Assembly (NCBI GenBank): GCA_963929465.1
Contig: CAWVJG010000029.1
Location: 1 to 49,410 of the forward strand
Source: Bacillota bacterium
Lineage (GTDB): Bacteria > Bacillota > Clostridia > TANB77 > CAG-508
Direction of reading: 5' to 3'
Length of the DNA: 49,410 bases
Notes under the pieces: generated by a model
What the model was told of the DNA's origin: nothing
Databases searched by the model: none
What the model saw: only the letters and a program-made list of their open reading frames with translations
In this document: one piece after another, positions 26,497 to 34,323 of the stretch
Layout: the number at the start of each line of letters is the position of its first letter
How positions within the stretch are numbered: position 1 is the stretch's first letter
Translations under genes and position numbers: made by a program

Positions 26497-27752
26497 TATT
26501 TTCTCATTTCTTCTATTGCTTTTAATATCCCATATTTTCCATAATCATAGGTTAATCCACCTTGCATATAGGCAATATATGGTTCTCTAATTGGTCCATC
26601 ACAACTAAGTTCAATAGTTGAACCTTCTGTAAATGTTCCTGCTGCCATGATGACTTCATCTTCATATCCTCCCATAGGACTTGGTTCTGGTACAACACAT
26701 GAATCAATTGGTGAACCTTTTTGAATTCCTTGACAAAATTTTATTAATTTTTCAGCTGTTCCTAAATGAATGGTTTGCACAATATCTGCTCTTTCATCAT
26801 TGAATTTAGGTTCTACTGTATATCCTAATTCTTCTAAAATGCAACTTGCAAATATAGCTGTTTTTACACTACTTGCTACTACTTGTGGTGCAAAAAATAA
26901 TCCTTTTAATAAATTGGTATTTTGATTTAATGATGGACCAATTTCTTTTCCTATTCCTGGTGCTGTTAATCTTTCTGCACATAATTTGATTAAATGTTCT
27001 TTTCCTACAATATAAGCTCCACTTGTTGCAATTCCAGCTCCTAAATTTTTCATTAGTGAACCCACTGCAATGTCTGCTCCTACTTCTATTGGCTCTCTAT
27101 CTTGCGCAAATTCTCCATAACAATTATCTACCATGATGATAACATCTTTATTGACTTCTCTTATAGCTTGTATTGCTTTTTCTATTTTTTCTATTGTTAA
27201 ACTTTCTCTTGTAGAATATCCTCTAGATCTTTGAATTTCTACTAATTTAACATTATTTTTTGATAGTCTTTCTTTTATGGTTTCTATATCAAAATCATTA
27301 TTTACTAATTCAATTTGTTCATAGTTTATTCCAAAAGCCTTTAGCGAACTTTCACTAACTTCTTTTCCAATTCCAATGACAGTTTGCAAAGTATCATATG
27401 GTGCACCTGTTATACTAATCATTGTATCATTTGGACGCAATAATGCAGACAAGGTAATTGCTAAAGCATGTGTTCCTGATATAAATTGTGCTCTTACTAA
27501 ACTATCTTCTGCCCTAAATACCTTAGCATAGATTTCTTCTATTTTATTTCTTCCCACTTCATCAATTCCATATCCTGTTGAAGTTGCTAAATGCATTTCT
27601 TGTAAATTACATTCTTGAAATGCTTCAATGACTTTTATACTATTTTTGCTACAAATGTCATCCATTTTCTTAAATTGTGGTTCTATCTTTTTTTCTACTT
27701 GACTTGCTAATTCTAATAATTCTTTATTCATTTTATACTCATACCCCTTCAT
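26496..27752 (-). CDS. YnbB / aluminium-resistance family PLP enzyme (methionine gamma-lyase-like)
   Basis: 418 aa with the PLP-lysine context GSLMKNLGAGIATSGAYIVG typical of this family. Confidence 0.75.
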   Translation of the reverse strand: MKGYEYKMNKELLELASQVEKKIEPQFKKMDDICSKNSIKVIEAFQECNLQEMHLATSTGYGIDEVGRNKIEEIYAKVFRAEDSLVRAQFISGTHALAITLSALLRPNDTMISITGAPYDTLQTVIGIGKEVSESSLKAFGINYEQIELVNNDFDIETIKERLSKNNVKLVEIQRSRGYSTRESLTIEKIEKAIQAIREVNKDVIIMVDNCYGEFAQDREPIEVGADIAVGSLMKNLGAGIATSGAYIVGKEHLIKLCAERLTAPGIGKEIGPSLNQNTNLLKGLFFAPQVVASSVKTAIFASCILEELGYTVEPKFNDERADIVQTIHLGTAEKLIKFCQGIQKGSPIDSCVVPEPSPMGGYEDEVIMAAGTFTEGSTIELSCDGPIREPYIAYMQGGLTYDYGKYGILKAIEEMRK

Positions 27753-27925
27753 TTTTATTCAATATATTGGTTCTGACTCATATATTGTACTATATTTTAC
27801 ATAATTTAGCAATACCACTTATTTTGTGTTTACTTTACATAAGTTTTGTGATATACTATATGAGTCGCAAAGAAACTTAGTTTTGACCATAGCTATATAT
27901 GGTCTAAGAAAAAGGAGGATATTAC

Positions 27926-28138
27926 ATGAGTAACAAGGAAAGATTAGAGTTCATTAAAAAGTATCACAAAGACTTATACAAACTTCTGGAAGCTCGCGCT
28001 CAAATGTGCATTGATAATATGGAATTTATGAATGTACATGATATTAATGAATGTAACAAGTGTGTCAGCTTATATTGTCAAAGACACAATATAAGTGACC
28101 CTCAGTTATGTCAGACTCTGCTTTTTAGAGTCTGCTAA
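27926..28138 (+). CDS. Small Cys-rich 70-aa protein of unknown function
   Basis: AAGGAGG lies 7 nt before the ATG. It has 7 Cys residues, a terminator hairpin follows at 28157-28191, and the DNA is visibly GC-richer than the flanks. Confidence 0.5.
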   Translation: MSNKERLEFIKKYHKDLYKLLEARAQMCIDNMEFMNVHDINECNKCVSLYCQRHNISDPQLCQTLLFRVC

Positions 28139-28156
28139 TCTTGTTTCTCCTAACGA

Positions 28157-28191
28157 AAGCCCAATATTGCAAAATGTTGGGCTTCTGTTTT
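28157..28191 (+). terminator. Terminator of the 70-aa gene
   Basis: The stem aagcccaa/ttgggctt is followed by CTGTTTT. Confidence 0.65.
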
Positions 28192-28271
28192 ATTGTATAA
28201 TAGGACAAATCTAGTTAGAGAGAACTTTTCTCTACTTTTCTAATTTAACTATATATGTCTAAGTTCTCGAA

Positions 28272-28370
28272 GAAGCGTAAAGATTTGTCAACACGAAAAA
28301 TTGCTACGCCATTTTTCTGTGCAACGTTGTTTTTTATTGAATAGGAAAAAATAATTTTTCCTATTCAATA
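28272..28370. repeat. Repeat C1 (right-hand module of family C)
   Basis: It is highly similar over about 100 bp to 46226-46326 (by eye, close to 9 in 10 positions) and ends in the perfect hairpin tattgaataggaaaaa/tttttcctattcaata. Confidence 0.85.
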
Positions 28371-28400
28371 AAAAAACTAGAAAATAAACATATTTTCTAG
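28370..28400 (-). terminator. Terminator of rpsF-ssb-rpsR
   Basis: The stem ctagaaaata/tattttctag is followed by T7 on the minus strand, 14 nt after the rpsR stop. Confidence 0.7.
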
Positions 28401-28413
28401 CTTTTTATATTCA

Positions 28414-28692
28414 TTATTTTTGTGCATATGGTAATAAAGCGATATGTCTTGCTCTTTTAATAGCAACTGTGATATCTCTTTGATGTTTAGCACACATTCC
28501 AGTATTTCTTCTTGGTAAGATTTTACCTTTATCACTGATAAATTTTCTTAATTGTTCTGGATTTTTATAATCTAAAACAAAGTTTTTATCACTACATAAT
28601 AAACATACTTTTTTTCTTTGTTTTCTGAATCTTGGATTGTAATCCTCATCATAGTTTTTATTATTTCTTTTATTTTGTTTTTTATCTGCCAT
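28414..28692 (-). CDS. rpsR: 30S ribosomal protein S18
   Basis: [23 protein letters not shown]; last gene of rpsF-ssb-rpsR. Confidence 0.95.
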   Translation of the reverse strand: MADKKQNKRNNKNYDEDYNPRFRKQRKKVCLLCSDKNFVLDYKNPEQLRKFISDKGKILPRRNTGMCAKHQRDITVAIKRARHIALLPYAQK

Positions 28693-28715
28693 TTTATATT
28701 TTCCCCCCTAACAAA

Positions 28716-29144
28716 TTAGAATGGTAGGTCATCACTTGAAGACATTTCAAAATCTGCTCCCATACTTCCAGGTGCTGTATTTCCAAATGTATTTTCAAAA
28801 GATGTATTATTTGTTTCTCCATCTCTTTTACTATCTGCGAAATAAGCTTCTTCTGCTACAACTTCTGTAACATAATGTTTTTGTCCTTGGTCATCATCCC
28901 AAGTTCTTGTTTGAATTCTTCCAACAACGCCTACTTGTTGACCTTTCTTAAAGTATTTGCTACAAAATTCTCCTAATTTAGCCCATGCAACAATATTAAT
29001 AAAATCCGCTTGTCTTTCTTCTCCTTGTCTTACAAATCTTCTATTAACTGCTAGACTAAATGAAGATACTAATGTGTTGTTTGTTTGTGTATATCTTGTT
29101 TCTGGATCTCTTGTTAATCTTCCCATTAAAATTACTTTATTCAT
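28716..29144 (-). CDS. ssb: Single-stranded DNA-binding protein
   Basis: OB-fold N-terminus MNKVILMGRLTRDPE and an acidic tail ending DDLPF. Confidence 0.95.
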   Translation of the reverse strand: MNKVILMGRLTRDPETRYTQTNNTLVSSFSLAVNRRFVRQGEERQADFINIVAWAKLGEFCSKYFKKGQQVGVVGRIQTRTWDDDQGQKHYVTEVVAEEAYFADSKRDGETNNTSFENTFGNTAPGSMGADFEMSSSDDLPF

Positions 29145-29213
29145 AATTACTCACCTTTCTTTACTTTAAATAAAGGCCCCTTCTTTATTTAGTATTTCTT
29201 TTTTATTTTTTTC

Positions 29214-29501
29214 TTATTTTTCTACTTTTACTGTAATAAATTTTATAATGTCATCTGTAATTCTGTAAACTCTTTCAAGTTCAGCTATTAATTCTGGTTT
29301 TGCTTCAAAGTTGAATAACATATATGTAGCTTCTTTGAATTTTTTAATATCATAAGCTAGTTTTCTTTTTCCCATGTTTTCAACTGATTCTACTTTACCA
29401 TTTTCATTGATTAATCCTGTGAATTTTTCTTCTAAAGCTTTTAAACCTGCTTCATCAACATTTGGATTAACAATGATAATACTTTCGTATTTATTCATCA
29501 T
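29214..29501 (-). CDS. rpsF: 30S ribosomal protein S6
   Basis: 95 aa, YESIIIVNP ... RKLAY; first gene of the S6-SSB-S18 operon. Confidence 0.95.
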   Translation of the reverse strand: MMNKYESIIIVNPNVDEAGLKALEEKFTGLINENGKVESVENMGKRKLAYDIKKFKEATYMLFNFEAKPELIAELERVYRITDDIIKFITVKVEK

Positions 29502-29584
29502 CTTTCACCTCCCTATGGATTTATAACCTGTGTGTTTCACAAGTAGAGATTTAAAAATAGCTATGCTATCTTTAAAGCACAGCT

Positions 29585-29613
29585 ATTTTATCATATTTTT
29601 CTCTACATTGCAA
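29585..29613 (-). promoter_or_regulatory. SigA-type promoter of rpsF-ssb-rpsR
   Basis: On the minus strand, TTGCAA-17 nt-TAAAAT. The roughly 80-nt leader contains a hairpin (agctgtgct/agcatagct). Confidence 0.5.
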
Positions 29614-29656
29614 GCATATTTTTACTTTTATTTTAATTATTCTATCTTTTGGATAC

Positions 29657-29888
29657 GGTTCAGACTAGTGTATCAGGGGGAAAGTATTTATAAATTATTT
29701 CATTACGAATGTGATTGGAAAATATTTAGAAATTCTTAAAGCATTTTTTGGGAAAATGTTCACGTCGAACGTAGTGAGAACTAAGTGAAAGGGTGCCATA
29801 AAATGATTTTAGAATTTCTTAATATTTGTATTGAACCGAGTAATAAATAATTTATAAATACTTTCCCCTTGATACACTAGTCTAAACT
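29657..29888. repeat. Foldback element B2 (232 bp)
   Basis: The inner core is highly similar to B1. The outer arms of about 45 bp are different from B1 but pair with each other (2 non-Watson-Crick positions). Confidence 0.9.
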
Positions 29889-29942
29889 GTAACATCTTTT
29901 ATTCTTTATAAAAATCGACTATACGAGATTATTCTGCTCCAT

Positions 29943-30473
29943 TTAATTTCGTAATTCAAACCATTTTGGCGCTATAAAACAATACATAATAATTGTAATC
30001 AGATTATAAATTACAATATATGCCCTAAATAAAAATGCATAATATGTGTCTCTTTCTTGTATTAAATATTCTTGTAATGTTTCAGTAGCACTTCTCAATG
30101 TTCCGATAATTTCCTGTAGTTGTTTTCTTTCACTATTTGTTAATGTATTATCATATTCTATACTACTTTGTGGTATTTCGCTATCTATCAATTCTTCATA
30201 TTCTTTCATTTCTTTTCCTACATAAAAGACGTTATATACAACAAGTATAATTGAAAAAACAATTAGCACTTTTTTTAGATCGTCTATGTCAACATCTTTC
30301 CATAATGCATTTACTCCTATAAATACAATACCGATACTTGTTAGTATACATATTAAATAACTGACAAGTTCATTTGTTTGTAGATTAAATATATCCAGCA
30401 AGCCATTAAATACGAGATTGATAATCACATTTACTAGTAATAATCTTATGACTTCTTTTACAATTTCTTTCAT
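29943..30473 (-). CDS. Hypothetical membrane protein (176 aa)
   Basis: About 4 predicted TM helices with a charged central loop. No family recognised. Confidence 0.45.
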   Translation of the reverse strand: MKEIVKEVIRLLLVNVIINLVFNGLLDIFNLQTNELVSYLICILTSIGIVFIGVNALWKDVDIDDLKKVLIVFSIILVVYNVFYVGKEMKEYEELIDSEIPQSSIEYDNTLTNSERKQLQEIIGTLRSATETLQEYLIQERDTYYAFLFRAYIVIYNLITIIMYCFIAPKWFELRN

Positions 30474-30556
30474 TTGCTAATTCCCCTTATATTTCTATAT
30501 TAACATTCTATTCTTATTTTTATAATACGTCAAGGCTTGTATTTAAATATTTACCA

Positions 30557-33175
30557 CTATCCTTTATTGAACTCATGAATTGTATTTTTTATCAATATTC
30601 TCTTTTCTTTTTTGGCATTCATTCTATTTATTTGTTTCTGTAACTCTATAATTGGTATTGGTAATATAGAAATACCTAATGTTATGATCCATTGTGCACC
30701 TGTTAAGTTTGTTACATCAAATATATTTGCTAGAGCTGGAATAAAAACAACAATTGTCTGCACAAAAATTCCAAGTATAAAACTTCCTATCAAGAATTTA
30801 TTTTCTAATATACCAACTTTAAAAATAGATTTTTCACTTTTTATGTTAAAACTGTGGACAAGCTCTAATAGTCCCATACTGATAAAAGCCATTGTTCTTG
30901 CCACTTCTACTCCATAATACTTGTTTCCTATGCTAAAAGCAATTAATGTAAGCATACCTATCATAATGCCTTCTAATATGATTTTACTCCATAATCCATC
31001 TGCAAATATACCTTTTTTCGAATCCACTGGTTTTCTTTCCATAATATCTTTTTCAGGTGGTTCTAATCCTATGGCAATTGCTGGTAAAGAGTCTGTCACT
31101 AAATTTATCCATAACAATTGTATAGCAAGTAATGGTGATTGAAGTCCTAAAACCAAGCCCATAAAAATAGTTACAATTTCTCCTATATTTGTCGCAATTA
31201 GAAAATGAATGGCTTTTCTAATATTATCATAAATATTTCTTCCCTGTTTTACAGCATCTACAATGGTTACAAAATTGTCATCTACTAAAATCATATCTGC
31301 TGCATTTTTTGCAACATCTGTCCCACCTTTTCCCATGGCAATTCCAATATCTGCACTTTTTAATGCTGGACTATCATTTACACCATCTCCTGTCATGGCT
31401 ACAACTGCACTCTTTTTTTGCCATGCCTTTACAATTCTTACTTTATGTTCAGGTGTTACTCTTGCAAAAACAGTATAGTCCTGAATTTCTTTTTCAAACT
31501 TTTCTTGATTTAGTTTATCTAGTTCTTCTCCTGTTATCGCTTTATCTTTTTTAGAAAATATTCCTATCTTTTCTGCAATGGCTTTTGCAGTTGCAATATG
31601 ATCTCCTGTTATCATGACTGTTTTAATACCAGCTTTTTTACAGGTTTCTACGGCTTCTTTAACACCTTCTCTTGGAGGATCTATCATACCAATTAAGCCT
31701 ACAAAATTCAAATTGTTTTCGATACTATTACTCTCTATTTTATTTGGTAACTGATTTATGTCTTTATATGCCACAGCAATTACTCTTAGAGCTTTATTTG
31801 CCATTTTCTCATTTTCTCTTGTTATTTTTTCTTTATAGACTCCTATACATTTATTTAATAATATATCTGGTGCCCCTTTCGTTATTACTCTGTATTTCCC
31901 ATTTTCTAATTTATGTATGGTTGTCATCATTTTTCTGGTTGAATCAAATGGAATTTCATTCACTCTTGGCATAGATTGATATAATTTATTTTTATCTAAT
32001 TTATTGATATAAGCAGCTTCTACTAATGCCATTTCTGTAGGCTCTCCAACCACTTCTACCTTTCCACTACTTACTTCTATCTTGCTATCTGTGCACATAG
32101 TTGCCAATTCCATTGCAAAATTTGGATTTTCTGCTTTGATTTCTACTACCTTCATTTTATTTTGTGTTAACGTTCCTGTTTTATCTGAACAAATCACATT
32201 ACTACTACCTAATGTTTCAACTGCTGGTAATTTTCGGATGATACTATTTCGTTTTGCCATTTTAGTTACACCAATTGACAACATAATGGTAACAATTGCT
32301 GGCAAACCTTCTGGTATTGCTGCAACAGCTAATCCTACAGAAGTCATAAACATTTCCATTGGTGGTATTTTTTTGATAATTCCTATAACAAATATGACTA
32401 AACAAATCATTAAACAGATTACACCTAATATTTTTCCTACTTGATTTAATTTCTTTTGAATTGGCGTTTCTGGTGAGTCATTTTCAATAATCATATTGGC
32501 AATTTTTCCTACCTTTGTTTGCATCCCAATTTCTGTCACCACAACTTTTGCATGTCCATTGACAACTGTACTTCCCATAAATACCATATTGACAATATCT
32601 CCCAATGGTATTCCTTTTTTGCAAATAGCTGTTCCATCTTTTTCAACAGCTTCTGTTTCTCCTGTTAAACTAGATTCTTCTACTTTGAAATTAAAATTTT
32701 CTATAATTCTACAATCTGCTGGCACACGATTTCCTGCCTCTAAAATAACCACATCTCCTACGGTTAATGTTTCTGATGGTACTTCTATTTCTTTTCCATT
32801 TCGAATAACTTTTGACATTTGTGGTGTCATTTTTTTCAAACTTTCGATTGATTTTTCTGCTTTTGCTTCTTGTAAAACTCCCATAATGGCATTTAATACA
32901 ACAATCGCTATAATAATGATAGAGTCAATATAGTCATTTTCTCCTTGATACCAAGACACACCTGCAGATACAATTGATGCCATAATTAAGATTATAATCA
33001 TAAAGTCATTAAATTGTTTAAAAAATTTAATGATAATGCTTTCTTTTTTACGATTTTTTAATTCATTCTTTCCATATTGATTTTGCCTTTTGAAAACTTC
33101 ACTATCACTTAATCCTTTACAAAAATCAGTGTTAAGTTTTCTTTCAACTTCTTCCTTTTTAAGTGTTTCCCACAT
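30557..33175 (-). CDS. P-type Ca2+-transporting ATPase (P2A-like)
   Basis: 872 aa with CSDKTGTLT (phosphorylation site), TGES and MTGDGVNDSPALK. Confidence 0.9.
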   Translation of the reverse strand: MWETLKKEEVERKLNTDFCKGLSDSEVFKRQNQYGKNELKNRKKESIIIKFFKQFNDFMIIILIMASIVSAGVSWYQGENDYIDSIIIIAIVVLNAIMGVLQEAKAEKSIESLKKMTPQMSKVIRNGKEIEVPSETLTVGDVVILEAGNRVPADCRIIENFNFKVEESSLTGETEAVEKDGTAICKKGIPLGDIVNMVFMGSTVVNGHAKVVVTEIGMQTKVGKIANMIIENDSPETPIQKKLNQVGKILGVICLMICLVIFVIGIIKKIPPMEMFMTSVGLAVAAIPEGLPAIVTIMLSIGVTKMAKRNSIIRKLPAVETLGSSNVICSDKTGTLTQNKMKVVEIKAENPNFAMELATMCTDSKIEVSSGKVEVVGEPTEMALVEAAYINKLDKNKLYQSMPRVNEIPFDSTRKMMTTIHKLENGKYRVITKGAPDILLNKCIGVYKEKITRENEKMANKALRVIAVAYKDINQLPNKIESNSIENNLNFVGLIGMIDPPREGVKEAVETCKKAGIKTVMITGDHIATAKAIAEKIGIFSKKDKAITGEELDKLNQEKFEKEIQDYTVFARVTPEHKVRIVKAWQKKSAVVAMTGDGVNDSPALKSADIGIAMGKGGTDVAKNAADMILVDDNFVTIVDAVKQGRNIYDNIRKAIHFLIATNIGEIVTIFMGLVLGLQSPLLAIQLLWINLVTDSLPAIAIGLEPPEKDIMERKPVDSKKGIFADGLWSKIILEGIMIGMLTLIAFSIGNKYYGVEVARTMAFISMGLLELVHSFNIKSEKSIFKVGILENKFLIGSFILGIFVQTIVVFIPALANIFDVTNLTGAQWIITLGISILPIPIIELQKQINRMNAKKEKRILIKNTIHEFNKG

Positions 33176-33204
33176 ATTCTCCCTCTCCTTTGTATAGATA
33201 TTTT

Positions 33205-33432
33205 TCCGTTTCGAGATTTTAGCAGGTGAGGTGATATGTATTATTTTTTGAATGTATTGACGAATGTGCCGTGGAATAGATGTATAAATTCTTAGTTTTC
33301 AATAAATGAGGAAGCGCGAGCAGCGAGAGGCTCGTTTATTGAAATCTTAGAAGTTATCATCTATGAAGCAAGCCGAGGAAATCATGAAAAAAATAATACA
33401 TATCACCTCACCTGCTAAAATCTCGAAACGGA
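33205..33432. repeat. Foldback element B3 (228 bp)
   Basis: It has perfect 45-bp outer arms (33205-33249 and 33388-33432) unrelated to those of B1 and B2. It keeps the same GACGAATGTG (33259-33268) and AGCCGAGG (33371-33378) boxes. Confidence 0.85.
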
Positions 33433-33545
33433 CACAGACATTATCTTGTCCTTCGTTTTTCTAATTGTATTCACATAGTCTATTTTTATTACTGTTTTTT
33501 AACATTTTTTTATCATATTCATATGATGTGTGTAGAGGTGTTTTT

Positions 33546-34207
33546 ATGTTACTTAACTGTTTATTTTTAGCAATTTCTAGTAGTATCGATTCTCTGGGAA
33601 TCGGTATTACATATGGAATTAAAAATACAAAAATAACTATGGGTGCTAAATCTATTTTATTTTTTATTAGCTTTATCATTTCCATTATTTCTATATATTT
33701 TGGAAATTTATTAAAATACATTTTCCCTGACTTTCTTATTCATTACTTAGGTAGTTTCCTTTTAATGTTAATGGGATTGTTTATGTTTTTTCAATCAGTA
33801 AAAGTTTCAAAACAAGAATATAAAATAGAAAATGATAAAAATTTAAAAATATCAAATACAGAAAAAATATATTCTTTTTTATTAAATGTTTGGGGATTAC
33901 GATTAAAATTATTAAAAATCCTAGCTCTTCTGATTTGGATAAATCCAATGTTATTGATTCTAAAGAATCTTTATTTTTAGGGTTAGCACTTTCTTTAGAT
34001 AGTTTTTGTATTGGTATTGGTTTTAGTATGATAAATACTTTTTCCATTATATTTCCCTTACTGACAAGTTGTTTTCAATTATTTTTCTTAAGTTTAGGAA
34101 ATTATTGTGGAAAAAAATTATATTCTTTTAGTAAATTACCTGATAACATATGGTCAACAATTTCTGGTATTTTATTAATTATCATTGGATTTTGTAAAGC
34201 AATTTAA
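33546..34207 (+). pseudogene. ytaF: ytaF-like sporulation membrane protein (MntP-like fold), split by a 1-nt frameshift
   Basis: The N-part MLLNCLFLAISSSIDSLGIGITYG...FLLNVWG is in frame 0. The C-part ITIKIIKNPSSSDLDKSNVIDSKESLFLGLALSLDSFCIG is in frame 2. They join at the GGGG run 33892-33895, and one extra G would restore a single ORF. Confidence 0.7.
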
Positions 34208-34292
34208 TACATGGTACTAATAACTCTTATTTTTCAAATGAAAATATTTATATCAGATTAAATAAAAGCTAAACATAGTTGTGTTCCGAATA

Positions 34293-34323
34293 CAAAAAAA
34301 GAGAAGAATTAATACTCTTCTCT
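34293..34323 (-). terminator. Terminator of the ABC-like gene (overlaps its stop)
   Basis: The stem agagaag/cttctct is followed by T7 on the minus strand. Confidence 0.5.

Noticed and set aside
28221-28249. A roughly 30-bp similarity between 28221-28249 (agaacttttctctacttttctaatttaac) and 45007-45037 (aaaactttttttctacttttctaattcaac).
   Set aside because: Only a 14-mer is identical, and the rest is T-rich low-complexity sequence. That is plausible by chance in a genome this AT-rich unless a genome-wide count shows enrichment.
16238-33432. Family-B foldbacks interpreted as 6S RNA genes (long hairpin with asymmetric internal loops of about 16 and 12 nt).
   Set aside because: There are three copies within 17 kb, the outer arms are perfect over 39-45 bp (6S helices are irregular), and no copy has a convincing promoter or terminator. 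Their relationship to families C and D also argues for a repeat family. I cannot fully exclude it without a covariance-model search.
33888-33900. Programmed ribosomal frameshifting at the ytaF GGGG run and at the tagO-like TTT run (47354-47356).
   Set aside because: There is no slippery heptamer or downstream stimulatory structure, and neither family is known to use recoding. Sequencing error or pseudogenisation is the simpler explanation.
33461-34047. Minus-strand ORFs 33461-33721 and 33781-34047 overlapping the ytaF-like gene.
   Set aside because: The plus-strand reading matches YtaF motifs (SLDS.GIGITYG, LGLALSLDSF). The minus-strand ORFs have no RBS and a low-complexity composition.
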